A stretch of DNA of 64,000 nt from Flavobacteriales bacterium. GTDB taxonomy: Bacteria > Bacteroidota > Bacteroidia > Flavobacteriales_F > PHOS-HE28. The stretch spans positions 1,330 through 65,329 of the forward strand of contig JAWKNI010000011.1 of NCBI GenBank assembly GCA_041391785.1, in the 5' to 3' direction. Of the stretch, positions 21,673 through 31,741 are shown piece by piece. The first letter of the stretch is position 1; the number at the start of each line of letters is the position of its first letter. The notes below the pieces were generated by a model. It was not told the origin of the DNA and did no database searches. It worked only from the letters and a program-made list of their open reading frames with translations. The position numbers and the translations under genes were made by a program.

Positions 21673-22752
21673 TCACTTCGGCGCCCGGCGGTAGATCGCG
21701 ACGCCCACCAGGAAGAAGAGGACGTTCGGCACCCACACGGCCAGCAACGGATCCAACCCGGCGTTCGTCGCGGCCACGGTCATGAGGCGCATGGCGAACA
21801 CGTACAGCAGGATGAGGCCCACCCCTAATGCGAGGTGCAGTCCCGTGCCTCCGCGCACCTTGCGGCTCGCGATGCTCACACCGATCAACGTGAAGACGTA
21901 CGTAGCGAAAGGGTAGGAGGTACGCTGGTACTTCTCGATGAGGTAGGGCATCACGGTGCCATCCCCCTGTGCCTGCTTCTCCTTGATGTACGCGTTCAGT
22001 TCGCCCCAACCCATGGACATCGCCGTTTCCCACCGCTGCCCGAGGTCCGACGGGACAAGGTCGATCAGCGTATCGAGTTCATTTCCGCGGATCAACACTT
22101 CAGGCGTGCGGTCCATGCGCCGGAGCACGTAGTCGCTCACGTGCCAGGTGCCTTTCAGACTGTCGTAGGTGGCACGGTCGGCGGTCAGCTTGGCGCGCAG
22201 TTCACCGTCCTCCCAATGGGACAGGCTGAAGCGATGACCGGTGCCCTGCTGCACGTTGAAGGATTCCATGTACGCGATGGTGCCCGGCACGATCTCGCGG
22301 TGCAGGTGCTTGGCATCCACGAAATACGTGGCCCTGATGTGCTCCTCCTCGAAGGCCAGCCGCACCTTGTTGGCGGCCGGCAGCACCAGGTGGTTCACCA
22401 CCAGCGAAACACCCGTGAGCAGGGTGGCGGCCAGGAAATAGGGCCACATGATGCGCGGAAAGCTCACGCCGCTGCTCAGCATGGCGATCACCTCCGTGCG
22501 ATGCGCCAGGCGGCTGGTGAAGAGCAGCACGCTGAGGAAGATGAACAACCCGCTGAACAGGTTGCTGTAGTAGATGATGAAGTTGAGGTAGTAGTCGAAC
22601 ACGATCTCACTTCCGGTGGCATCCATCGTGGCGAAATCCTCGGTCTTCTCGCTGATGTCGAAGACCACCGCGATGAGCATGATCACCACCAGCAGGAAGA
22701 TGAAGGTCCCGAGGAACTGCCGGATGATGTATCGGTCGAGGGTCCTGAGCAC
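21673..22752 (-). CDS. LPS export ABC permease of the LptF/LptG (YjgP/YjgQ) family; GTG start.
   Basis: 'MLRTLDRYIIRQFLGTFIFLLVVIMLIAVVFD', 6 TM and a periplasmic beta-jellyroll region. Confidence 0.8.
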   Translation of the reverse strand: MLRTLDRYIIRQFLGTFIFLLVVIMLIAVVFDISEKTEDFATMDATGSEIVFDYYLNFIIYYSNLFSGLFIFLSVLLFTSRLAHRTEVIAMLSSGVSFPRIMWPYFLAATLLTGVSLVVNHLVLPAANKVRLAFEEEHIRATYFVDAKHLHREIVPGTIAYMESFNVQQGTGHRFSLSHWEDGELRAKLTADRATYDSLKGTWHVSDYVLRRMDRTPEVLIRGNELDTLIDLVPSDLGQRWETAMSMGWGELNAYIKEKQAQGDGTVMPYLIEKYQRTSYPFATYVFTLIGVSIASRKVRGGTGLHLALGVGLILLYVFAMRLMTVAATNAGLDPLLAVWVPNVLFFLVGVAIYRRAPK

Positions 22753-22782
22753 GTTGACGTCGTTCTATGGCCGGTATGGCAC

Positions 22783-23913
22783 CTAGTTCCTCACCTTCAG
22801 TTTCGGGAGCAGCGCATTCTTCCAGTGCGTGAAGCTACCGTCCATGATCCGGGTGCGGGCCTCCTTCATCAACGCCAGGTAGAAGCCCAGGTTGTGCAGG
22901 CTGGCGATCTGCTGGCCCAGCATCTCGTTGCTTTGGAAGAGGTGTCGGACGAATGCGCGGCTGTATGCCGTATCCACCCAACTGTGGGCATCGGGGTCCA
23001 GGGGAGAATGATCATCGTTCCACTGCTTGTTCTTGATGTTCACCACACCGGCCATGGTGAAGAGCATGCCGTTCCGCCCGTTCCGCGTGGGCATCACGCA
23101 ATCGAACATGTCCACACCGCAGGCGATGTTCTCCAGCAGGTTCCACGGGGTGCCCACGCCCATGAGGTAGCGTGGCCGGTCCTGCGGGAGGATGTCACAG
23201 CACAACTCGGCCATGGCATACATCTCCTCCTCCGGTTCGCCCACGCTGAGCCCGCCGATCGCGTTGCCCGGCATCCCCTTGGTGGCGATGTATTCCGCCG
23301 AGCGCTGGCGCAGCTCCGGAAAGGTGCTGCCCTGCACGATGGGGAAGAGGGCCTGCTCATGGCCGTACTTCGGCGCGGTGGCATTGAAGCGCGCGATGCA
23401 ACGGTCCAGCCAGCGGTGGGTGAGGTCCAGGCTTTTCGCTGCATAGGCCTCTTCGCATGGCCAGGGCGTGCACTCGTCGAAGGCCATCATGATGTCCGCG
23501 CCGATGGTGCGCTGGGTGTCCATCACGCTCTCCGGGGTGAAGAGGTGTCTGCTGCCATCGATGTGACTGCTGAAGCGCACACCTTCCTCGGTGATCTTGC
23601 GGATGTCGCTGAGCGAGTGCACCTGGAAGCCGCCGCTGTCCGTCAGGATCGGGCGGTCCCAACCGTTGAAGCGGTGCAGGCCACCGGCATGCTCGATCAC
23701 TTCCATGCCCGGCCGCAGGTAGAGGTGATAGGTGTTGCTGAGCATGATCGGGGCGTTCAGTTCCTGCTTCAGTTCGCGGGGATGAACGGCTTTCACGGCG
23801 CCCAGGGTGCCCACCGGCATGAAGACCGGTGTCGGGACCTGCCCATGGTCGGTGTGGAGCAGTCCGGCGCGGGCCTTGGAGGCGGGATCCTGGGATAGGA
23901 GGTCGAAGTGCAT
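22783..23913 (-). CDS. tgt: Queuine tRNA-ribosyltransferase.
   Basis: 'ARAGLLHTDHGQVPTPVFMPVGT', the zinc site 'CxCxxC...H' and 376 aa from ATG 23913. The longer upstream ORF extension was rejected. Confidence 0.92.
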   Translation of the reverse strand: MHFDLLSQDPASKARAGLLHTDHGQVPTPVFMPVGTLGAVKAVHPRELKQELNAPIMLSNTYHLYLRPGMEVIEHAGGLHRFNGWDRPILTDSGGFQVHSLSDIRKITEEGVRFSSHIDGSRHLFTPESVMDTQRTIGADIMMAFDECTPWPCEEAYAAKSLDLTHRWLDRCIARFNATAPKYGHEQALFPIVQGSTFPELRQRSAEYIATKGMPGNAIGGLSVGEPEEEMYAMAELCCDILPQDRPRYLMGVGTPWNLLENIACGVDMFDCVMPTRNGRNGMLFTMAGVVNIKNKQWNDDHSPLDPDAHSWVDTAYSRAFVRHLFQSNEMLGQQIASLHNLGFYLALMKEARTRIMDGSFTHWKNALLPKLKVRN

Positions 23914-24048
23914 GCGGCCGCGAAGTTCGGGCATCCGCGGCACCGGGCATCCACGCGCGCGGTGTTCATAACTGCATCCGTGGGGTGCCTGCTCCCATGG
24001 GCCTTCCGGATAGCTTCGCCAGCGGTGCCGGGCAGCCGGCCATGTCCC

Positions 24049-25149
24049 ATGTGGTCCATTGAATTCGCAGTGCTCATCGGCGCGATCGCCGTGCTCCTCT
24101 TCTTCCACGGGTTGATGTTCGCGCGGCTCGCCTTCCGCCGCCCCACCGTGGAGCCGGACCGCACCCTGCCCGTGAGCGTGGTGATCTGCGCACGCAGCGA
24201 GGCCCGGCGCCTGGAGGAGCTGATCCCCCTGCTCATGGAACAGGACCACCGCGAGTTCGAAGTGGTGGTGGTGAACGACCGTTCGGAGGATGATACCTGG
24301 GAAGTGCTGCAGTGGATGAAACCGCATCACGCACGGTTGCGCCCGGTCAATATCCAGGCGGATGAGAAGTTCAACTACGGCAAGAAGATCGCACTGGGAG
24401 TGGGCATCCGCGCGGCACGGTACGAGCATGTGCTCCTCACCGATGCGGACTGCCTGCCGCAGGGCAGGGACTGGATCAGCACCATGGCCTCCGGATTCCG
24501 GAACGGGCGTAAGATCGTGGTGGGCCACAGCCCCTATGCACTGCAACCCGGCATCGCCAATGTACTGGAGCGGTATGATGGCACGGTGAAGACCATGCAG
24601 TACATGAGCTTCGCGATGGCCGGATTCCCGTACATGGGCGTGGGGCGCAACCTGGGGTACTCCAGCGAGCTCTTCTTCAATGCCAAGGGGCCGCGCCGGC
24701 ATGGGCAGCTCATGAGCGGTGATGACGACCTGTTCATCAACGAGGTGGCGCGCGCAGGCAACACGGCGGTGGTCGCCGACCCGCGGTCCTTCATGACCAC
24801 AACGCCCACCCCGGACCTGGGCACCTGGGTGCGCCGCAAACGCAGGCATTACACCACGGCGAAGCACTACCGGTTCGGCCACCAGGTGCTGCTCACCCTG
24901 CTTCCGTTCGCGCGGCTCGTGTTCTGGGCGGTGCTCATCTGGTGCGCGGTGCGGGGCCTGTGGCGCGAGGTGGCCGTGGGTGCCGGCGTGGAGCTGTGCG
25001 TGCTCCTGCCGATCACCGTGGCCGCCATGAAACGCCTGCACGCAGGGGCGTTGGCGTGGTTCGCCCTACCCCTTGAATGGTTGTTCCTACTTTTGGATCC
25101 ACTGCTGTACACCAGCACGATCCTGGTCAAGCCCAAGCGATGGAAGTGA
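24049..25149 (+). CDS. Membrane glycosyltransferase of family 2.
   Basis: 'LPVSVVICARSEARRLEELIPLLMEQDHREFEVVVVNDRSEDDT' and a 'DADC' motif. Confidence 0.8.
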   Translation: MWSIEFAVLIGAIAVLLFFHGLMFARLAFRRPTVEPDRTLPVSVVICARSEARRLEELIPLLMEQDHREFEVVVVNDRSEDDTWEVLQWMKPHHARLRPVNIQADEKFNYGKKIALGVGIRAARYEHVLLTDADCLPQGRDWISTMASGFRNGRKIVVGHSPYALQPGIANVLERYDGTVKTMQYMSFAMAGFPYMGVGRNLGYSSELFFNAKGPRRHGQLMSGDDDLFINEVARAGNTAVVADPRSFMTTTPTPDLGTWVRRKRRHYTTAKHYRFGHQVLLTLLPFARLVFWAVLIWCAVRGLWREVAVGAGVELCVLLPITVAAMKRLHAGALAWFALPLEWLFLLLDPLLYTSTILVKPKRWK

Positions 25150-25748
25150 ACGAGAACCTCAGCGAGAAAGCCCGGTACGACTATGTCCTCGTGCGCAGGG
25201 CCGTGGACAAGCACGACCAGAAGGCCTACGCCGAATTGATGGGGCGTTATCGCGACTCCATCTACTTCATGTTGTTGAAGATGATCAACAACAAGGACGA
25301 CGCTGAGGACCTGACGATCGAAGCCTTCGGCAAGGCCTTCCACCGGTTGAAGCAGTACACGCCGAACTACGCATTCAGCACATGGCTGTTCAAGATCGCC
25401 TCGAACAACTGCATCGACTGGATCCGGAAGCAGAAGAAGAAGACCTTCTCCATCGACAATCCCATCGGCACGGATGATGGCGATGAGATGACCATCGAGC
25501 TGAAGAGCCATGGCATGGACCCGGCGGAGATCGCCATCAAGGAGCAGAAGAACGAGATCATGCGCGATGTGGTGGAGAAGCTGAAGCCGCGCTACCGCAC
25601 CCTGGTGGAACTGCGCTACTACAAGGAGTACAGTTACGAGGAGATCGCCGAGGAACTGGACCTGCCCCTGGGTACGGTGAAAGCCCAGTTGTTCCGGGCA
25701 CGGGAATTCCTGCTGAACCTGATGGAGAGTCGGAAGGACCACATTTAA
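25140..25748 (+). CDS. ECF-type RNA polymerase sigma-70 factor.
   Basis: Region 2 ('DAEDLTIEAFGKAF', 'STWLFKIASNNCIDWIRK') and region 4 ('SYEEIAEELDLPLGTVKAQLFRAR'). The start overlaps the GT2 gene end by 10 nt. Confidence 0.85.
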   Translation: MEVNENLSEKARYDYVLVRRAVDKHDQKAYAELMGRYRDSIYFMLLKMINNKDDAEDLTIEAFGKAFHRLKQYTPNYAFSTWLFKIASNNCIDWIRKQKKKTFSIDNPIGTDDGDEMTIELKSHGMDPAEIAIKEQKNEIMRDVVEKLKPRYRTLVELRYYKEYSYEEIAEELDLPLGTVKAQLFRAREFLLNLMESRKDHI

Positions 25749-25915
25749 GTGCGCATGTGCCCATGTGGACAGGTGCCCATGTCAACATGAAGGATACCTC
25801 CTCGGTGCAGGTCGACCGTATTGCGCGTCCTCTCATTTCCACACCACGACATGCTCTGGCAGTACGGCACGCATAGAACGGCCATGAGCACATGGTCACC
25901 TGGTCTTATACGCAT

Positions 25916-26536
25916 ATGAACACTGTCGGTCCCGACCTCCTGCTTCGGTACTTCCCAGCGCTTAGCGCTCAGCAGCGTGCGCGTTTCGAGCGCTTGGGCG
26001 CACTCTATCCGGAGTGGAACGAGCGGGTGAACCTGATCTCGCGCAAGGACATGGACAACCTCTACGAGCGGCACATCCTGCACTCGCTGGGCATCGCCAA
26101 GGTCGTCCGGTTCGCGCCGGGCACGCGCATCGTGGATGTGGGCACCGGTGGCGGTTTTCCGCTGGTCCCGCTGGCGATCCTCTTCCCGGAAAGCACCTTC
26201 CACGGCATCGATGGCATCGGTAAGAAGATCACTGCGGTGAAAGGCGTTGTGGAAGGCTTGGGCATCACCAATTGCACCGCGGAACAGGTGCGCAGCACCG
26301 AGCACAAGCAGCGTTACGATGTGATCGTGAGCCGCGCGGTCACGACACTGCCGGAATTCATCCGGATGACCAAGCATCTTGTTCCCAAGAGGAGCGGTAC
26401 GTTGTACTATCTCAAAGGCGGCGAACTGGCGGATGAGGTCCTGCCGCTGAAGCAACCCATCACGGTCTTCGAACTGAAGGAGTTCTTCGAGGAGGAGTTC
26501 TTCGCGACGAAGAAGGTGGTGGAGGTGGGACTGTGA
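25916..26536 (+). CDS. rsmG: 16S rRNA (guanine527-N7)-methyltransferase.
   Basis: 'RVNLISRKDMDNLYERHILHSL', 'VDVGTGGGFP'. Confidence 0.9.
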   Translation: MNTVGPDLLLRYFPALSAQQRARFERLGALYPEWNERVNLISRKDMDNLYERHILHSLGIAKVVRFAPGTRIVDVGTGGGFPLVPLAILFPESTFHGIDGIGKKITAVKGVVEGLGITNCTAEQVRSTEHKQRYDVIVSRAVTTLPEFIRMTKHLVPKRSGTLYYLKGGELADEVLPLKQPITVFELKEFFEEEFFATKKVVEVGL

Positions 26537-26537
26537 G

Positions 26538-28412
26538 TCAGGTTCGATCGAACTGCAACCGGCTTAAGGAGTGGTACAACCCGTCCACATCCGCGATCAA
26601 CTCATCGTGCGGGCCGCTTTGCACCACGGTCCCTTTGTCCAGCACCAGGATCTTGTCGGCATTGCGCACCGTGCTCAAGCGGTGGGCGATCACGATGCTC
26701 GTGCGGCCTTTCATCAGGGCATCCAATGCGTCCTGCACCAGTTTTTCGCTTGCCGTGTCCAGGGAACTCGTCGCTTCATCGAGGATCAGGATGGCCGGGT
26801 CCTTCAACACCGCGCGGGCGATGGCGATGCGTTGGCGTTGACCACCGCTCAACTGGACCCCGCGCTCACCGACCACTGTTCCATAGCCTTCCGGAAAGCG
26901 CTCGATGAATTCATGCGCGTTGGCCTTGCGCGCCGCTTCCTCCACCTCGGCATCCGATGCGCCGGGCCTTCCGTAGGCGATGTTCTCGCGGATGCTTCCA
27001 CCAAAGAGAAGCACCTCTTGCGGCACGATGCCCATACGTTCCCGCAACGCGGTAAGGTCGAATTCCCGGGCATCCTTTCCATCGATGGTGATGCTGCCCG
27101 ACACCGGGTCATAGAATCGCAGGATCAGTGACGCGATGGTGCTCTTCCCAGCGCCGCTCGGGCCGACCAGCGCCACGCGTTCGCCGGCCTTCACCGTGAG
27201 GTCCACATTCCGAAGCACAGGCACATCCGGCCGTGTGGTGTAGTGGAACGAGACATCCTCGAAGGCCAGGTCGCCGGTGATCGGGAGGCGTTGGGCATGT
27301 TCTTCGAGGGTGATGTCCTCCGGTGTCTCCTCCTGCAGGTCCATCAATCGTTCGGTGGCGCCGATGGCTTTCAACAGGGTGGTGATCAACTCCGGAACGC
27401 TGCCGATGGAAGCGCCGATCATGATGGACAGGCCGATGAACGAGGTGATGTCGCCCACGTCCAGTTTCCCTTCAGCACGCAAATGGACCGCGCGCCACAC
27501 GATGAAGACCACCACACCGAACATGGCGAAGATGATGAACGAGATGAACACGCCGCGCCAGCGCACCCCTTTCAATGCCAGGTGCAGTGCTTGTGCCACG
27601 CTGTTCCCATAGCGCTTCACCTCGTACCCTTCATTCGAGAACGATTTCACGTTCTGGATGCCCTGGAGGGTCTCCTCCACGATCACGCTGGTGTCCGCGA
27701 TCTTGTCCTGCACCTGCTTGCTGAGCTTCTGGATGAAGCGACCGAAGAACACCGCGATCAGTGCCACCACGGGCAGCGTGGCCAGCATGGTCAAGGTCAG
27801 TTGCACGCTCACGTAGGTGAGCAGCGTGATGCCGATGCCGATCGTCACGAACTGCCTTAGGAATTCCGCGAGCACGGTGGTCATGCCTTCCTGAAGCAGC
27901 GAGACGTCCGCGGTGATCCGGCTGTTCAGTTCACCTACCCGGCGTTGCGCAAAGAACAGCATCGGCATGCGGATCAGATGCGCGTACGTGTCCTTTCGGA
28001 TGTTCGCCAGGGCATGTTCCGAGACGTAGCCGAAGGTCCAGATGCGCAGGTACCCGAAGAAGGCCTGCAGCGCGAATATGATCAGCAGGAGCTTGGCGAT
28101 GGAATCGATGTTGCCAAGGTCGGTCAGCGGTGCTTCCCAGAACCCCGTGCGCGCCTCGGCATTCACGAGGTCCCCCAGCAATAACGGGAATGTGAGGCTC
28201 AGCAAGCTGGTGATCAGCAGGCAGCACAGACCGAATGCGAAGGTCCAGCGGTGCGGCTTGAGGTAGCGGAAGATGCGGACCGCTTTGCGCAGGGTGGCCT
28301 TGTTCAGCTTCGGTCGCGGCGCATCACCGAAGGCTTTGGAAGCAGGGCGGGATGCCATGGGGCGCAAAGATCGGGAACGCTTCTGTACCCGACTGATCCC
28401 ACGCAACCCCAT
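26538..28412 (-). CDS. ABC exporter of the MsbA type with fused permease and ATPase. The alternative start at 28358 is also an ATG.
   Basis: Walker A 'GPSGAGKST', signature 'LSGGQRQRIAIARA', Walker B 'ILILDEAT', and 6 TM at the N-terminus. Confidence 0.9.
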   Translation of the reverse strand: MGLRGISRVQKRSRSLRPMASRPASKAFGDAPRPKLNKATLRKAVRIFRYLKPHRWTFAFGLCCLLITSLLSLTFPLLLGDLVNAEARTGFWEAPLTDLGNIDSIAKLLLIIFALQAFFGYLRIWTFGYVSEHALANIRKDTYAHLIRMPMLFFAQRRVGELNSRITADVSLLQEGMTTVLAEFLRQFVTIGIGITLLTYVSVQLTLTMLATLPVVALIAVFFGRFIQKLSKQVQDKIADTSVIVEETLQGIQNVKSFSNEGYEVKRYGNSVAQALHLALKGVRWRGVFISFIIFAMFGVVVFIVWRAVHLRAEGKLDVGDITSFIGLSIMIGASIGSVPELITTLLKAIGATERLMDLQEETPEDITLEEHAQRLPITGDLAFEDVSFHYTTRPDVPVLRNVDLTVKAGERVALVGPSGAGKSTIASLILRFYDPVSGSITIDGKDAREFDLTALRERMGIVPQEVLLFGGSIRENIAYGRPGASDAEVEEAARKANAHEFIERFPEGYGTVVGERGVQLSGGQRQRIAIARAVLKDPAILILDEATSSLDTASEKLVQDALDALMKGRTSIVIAHRLSTVRNADKILVLDKGTVVQSGPHDELIADVDGLYHSLSRLQFDRT

Positions 28413-28828
28413 AGTGTTTACCCGGGGGCTCTACTTCCAGACCTTTGCCCAACAGGCGATGTCGAGATACGGGGTACAGGGCCATCGGATCCAGTTGCCC
28501 TGCGTATCAAGGCTGAACGCGCGCGGAACGCCGGCATGACAAATGGCACGGGAAGTCGGACTTGAGGCCCTCAAAACCCGGAACTATCTCTGTCATATTT
28601 CCAATCATTCAGGAATGAACGGCAATCGAAAGCGGTCTATTCCTATTCATCAACGCCTTTTGTGCATGAAGTAGCAGCGGATCCGCCGTCGGCGGATCTC
28701 TCTGGTGCGGACGCCTACTGGAAAAGAACTCACGCGAGCAACAGGGTAAAGACCCGATTGCCCTGATCCGGGAATCGTATCCTATAAATATTTCAGACTT
28801 ACGCGTCCGACTCGGACACCACTTTCCC

Positions 28829-29156
28829 ATGATTATGTTTTCCACCACGGACCCGACTCGCAAGCGGCTTGCTTGGTTCGCATTGACACTCCTGCTCCTT
28901 TGGATCGCATGCAGTATTGTCCATGGGCCGATATCACACGGGGAAACCCGTATGTGTTATTGCCTTGATCTGGGGTCTTGGTTATTGCTTCATCCGCTAC
29001 AGGAAGGGTGCGAGACCGGCTTTTACCGAGCGTTGGGGATGGATATTGGGTGGGATCCTCACGGTAGTCCTGCTTGTGATGTTGCTGCATCGCGAGGTGA
29101 AATACCAAGAGCGCAAGGTGGTCCTAGGTCGAGCTGTGGAGGCCGTGGATCCGTAG
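28829..29156 (+). pseudogene. Small membrane protein, frameshifted once.
   Basis: ORFs 28829 and 28917 are hydrophobic fragments in adjacent frames. Confidence 0.2.
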
Positions 29157-29428
29157 AACAAGGTGAGGGAGGGAATGTGCAGGACAAGAATGCCACTGCT
29201 CCCTGCTAACTCCTCTCTCGTGCACGCCAACGTGGGATCTTTCCGCTTGCTGTGGGCATGGCTGCACAAGGCCGGATGCCATGGCACATCCCTCAGGGCC
29301 CTCGGGCATGGTCCAGCAGGTCCCAACCGCCTGAGCGGAACCAAGCGGAACGTACTTTGGATCGTTCCGAAGGTCGCATTGGAAACATCCGGTGCATGAA
29401 GGTCAAGGCGGGATACAGGTTGCCCGTT

Positions 29429-29863
29429 TCAAGCAAGGACCCGATTGTCGGGCTTGTACAGGGTGAATAGTAGCTTGGCCGATACAGGACGCTTGATTAT
29501 CCATTGTGCAACAGGGTTGTCCGCAGGTGGATAACCCGATGTGATCCTGTCCATGTGATATACCTTGACAAGGCTGTTCCTACCGGAAAGTCGCCACCTG
29601 TTCATGGTATTGCGCTTGAGCAGCCATTCGCCCTTGTGCCAGGGGTAGTCGAGGCGTTCTATTGGGACCTTAAGGTCATACTCGCCCTTGCATTCAAGTT
29701 CGTTCGTCGAGAGGCTGGTATCGCCTGCAAGGATGAAGTCATCCAGGCCAGGAAGCTCGGTCGCCTGTAGGATCCATACGCCTCCGTTGCAGGACCGCAT
29801 GCCAAGGTGGCTGTTCAATTCATCCACGCGCTTTCTCTGGATCGCACCCAGAAGGGTACACAT
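29429..29863 (-). CDS. Hypothetical protein, possibly orphan immunity or cargo. It lies in a lower-GC stretch downstream of the DUF4123 gene.
   Basis: ORF only. Confidence 0.3.
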   Translation of the reverse strand: MCTLLGAIQRKRVDELNSHLGMRSCNGGVWILQATELPGLDDFILAGDTSLSTNELECKGEYDLKVPIERLDYPWHKGEWLLKRNTMNRWRLSGRNSLVKVYHMDRITSGYPPADNPVAQWIIKRPVSAKLLFTLYKPDNRVLA

Positions 29864-29905
29864 CCTTTGATGGTCAATGATCGCATGGTAAGTGGTGGTG
29901 TTGGA

Positions 29906-30505
29906 CTAGTACCCGAAATCCCAGTTCTTCTTCCGCGCCACCTGCCCTTCGTCACTACCGCGCTCCTCGATCACCCCTGGAGGTCCTCCTGAGAGATAGC
30001 TCACAAGCTTCTTGCCCGTCTCCACTACTTCCAAGGTGCCTTGATCCGTGAGGGTGAACTCCACCACCAGTCCATTCACATCCTCCGCGAGGAACATCGC
30101 GATGGGGCCGAAGAAGGCGGCCAACTGTTCCGGCTCGCAAGTGGGCAGGAACACCCGCAGCACCCTTGGGTCGTAGTATCGGAAGTACATCTCGCGCCCG
30201 TCCTCGCCCTCCACGATCAGGAAACTGCGCAGGTGCTTGTAGAGTTTCACCGGATCCGCATCGCTTTGGAACACCACACCCCAGCTTTGGCCAGCACCGT
30301 TCTCCACAAGCCACTGGGCGAACGGGCTGTGCGGTGCAAGGCTGAAGAGCCATGGTGCCACAGCGGAAAGAAAGCGCTCACTATCCCCTTCGTACAAGCA
30401 GGTATGCTCCGGGTTCAACTCCCGAGCGCGGTGGATGTCGCCATGCATACGTGCGGCATCGAGCAGGAGGAAGGAGTTCGTAGCCAATGTCCGGTGAGGA
30501 TGCAT
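29906..30505 (-). CDS. DUF4123-family T6SS adaptor/chaperone (Tap/Tec type).
   Basis: 'LLLDAARMHGDIHRARELNPEHTCLYEG...APWLF', the paralog at 33104-33730 with a shared C-terminal 'WDFGY', and the position 16 bp downstream of the PAAR gene. Confidence 0.7.
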   Translation of the reverse strand: MHPHRTLATNSFLLLDAARMHGDIHRARELNPEHTCLYEGDSERFLSAVAPWLFSLAPHSPFAQWLVENGAGQSWGVVFQSDADPVKLYKHLRSFLIVEGEDGREMYFRYYDPRVLRVFLPTCEPEQLAAFFGPIAMFLAEDVNGLVVEFTLTDQGTLEVVETGKKLVSYLSGGPPGVIEERGSDEGQVARKKNWDFGY

Positions 30506-30521
30506 TAATGCCGTGGCAGGT

Positions 30522-31010
30522 TCAGGTCGGCAGTGAAGCCACCGCTACGAACGTCGCTCCATCGGTAGCGGCCTGTTGCATGGCAAGGGTCACTTGGGCG
30601 GTTTCCTTGGCCTTCGCCTCGACCGCCCCGTCGCCTCCAGCGGCTTGGTCCACTTGCTTCTGGAACTCTTGCATGATCGGCGCCATCACCACGGGCGTCA
30701 CCGGTCCCCCCGGGCTCATCTCACCGATCAACACGGTCGGGCACCCCACCACGATGGTTCCACCGTGCGCGCACATATCACCCATGCGTGCCGCCGGCTT
30801 GCCACCGATCAGCACACCCGTGGAACCCAGCACAATGGTATCTGGTGGTCCTACACAGGTACACATATCCCCCATCACGGCAGCGGGCATGCCGCCGATC
30901 AGCACGGTGGGCACGCCGGGGCCGGTCACCGGGCCGCCCACATGGGGCTTGGGACCATCGAACATGGGGCACACATGCATGTCGCCGAGACGGGCTGCGG
31001 GTTTGGACAT
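30522..31010 (-). CDS. PAAR-domain spike-tip protein with a roughly 50-aa Ala/Gln-rich C-terminal tail.
   Basis: 'MSKPAARLGDMHVCPM', repeated 'GxPxxxxGDMCxxGG' PAAR motifs. Confidence 0.85.
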   Translation of the reverse strand: MSKPAARLGDMHVCPMFDGPKPHVGGPVTGPGVPTVLIGGMPAAVMGDMCTCVGPPDTIVLGSTGVLIGGKPAARMGDMCAHGGTIVVGCPTVLIGEMSPGGPVTPVVMAPIMQEFQKQVDQAAGGDGAVEAKAKETAQVTLAMQQAATDGATFVAVASLPT

Positions 31011-31082
31011 GGTAGCTCGGTTTGGTATGGGCTAATGTAATATGTGCCAGGCATGCTCTATGCGAGCCTCATACTTGGTCCT

Positions 31083-31631
31083 TCAGGATCCCCCGTACTC
31101 CTTGGTCAGGAAGAAACCCTCCACGTCGGCCAGCTTCTTTTCTATGTGGAAGCAGTTGTTCTGGGGTTCGTCGTGATAGTCGCTCACGGGATACGGTCTG
31201 TAGCTCTTCAGGGTCTTCCTGAATTCATTCTTGTCGCTGATGGAGGCGAACGGGATGTCGAGGACGTTCACGAACGATGTGTCCACACAATGTTTGGTGA
31301 CATTACTGGGCCCGAGCTCTTTGATCTTCGCGTACATGGCATCGATCACCCCGGCCTTGTCCTTTCCCACTTTCACTGACTTCTCATACTCGGCGATGAC
31401 CATGTCACTGTGCTGACCATACACCTTGTACTGCTTCGCTGTTCCGGTCCTGTTACAATTGTTGTACATGACTCGCGCCTGATCGTAAGGGCTGCTGGCC
31501 ATTCTGGAAACTTCGATGCGCCCGTTGCCGGAAGCAGCGCCGAGGATCTTGAGCAGCTCAATGGCTTGGGCGGTCACGCCCTCATGGTTCACGCCATCAC
31601 GGGAAAGTATGGAGACCTCATCGGTGCGCAT
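31083..31631 (-). CDS. Hypothetical protein directly upstream of the PAAR gene. It is a candidate effector or immunity protein. It has lower GC, and its start could be as far upstream as 31736.
   Basis: ORF with a compositional shift; no motif recognised. Confidence 0.4.
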   Translation of the reverse strand: MRTDEVSILSRDGVNHEGVTAQAIELLKILGAASGNGRIEVSRMASSPYDQARVMYNNCNRTGTAKQYKVYGQHSDMVIAEYEKSVKVGKDKAGVIDAMYAKIKELGPSNVTKHCVDTSFVNVLDIPFASISDKNEFRKTLKSYRPYPVSDYHDEPQNNCFHIEKKLADVEGFFLTKEYGGS

Positions 31632-31741
31632 GAACGAAGTTGGTTTGATGAGTATGCCCGACCGAAAGATTAATGTAATCGGAACACGTATGCGCCGCTT
31701 TGCTATGTTCGTAGGCCATCCATCTCCCCTACGCATACGCC

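Noticed and set aside
21835-23898. 687-aa plus-strand ORF
   Set aside because: It is antisense to the LptF/G permease and tgt genes. Its composition is the His/Glu/Gly/Arg/Val-rich pattern typical of the reverse strand of GC-rich coding DNA, and it has no motifs.
22783-25041. 752-aa version of the tgt ORF
   Set aside because: The upstream half is antisense to the GT2 gene. Tgt homology begins at ATG 23913.
25745-26455. 236-aa minus-strand ORF
   Set aside because: It is antisense to rsmG, which has clear methyltransferase motifs on the plus strand.
28413-28830. Possible tRNA or ncRNA in the gene-poor stretch
   Set aside because: No cloverleaf-compatible sequence or conserved tRNA boxes were found by eye. 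Only an 8-bp palindrome (28676-28697) was seen, with no T-tract.
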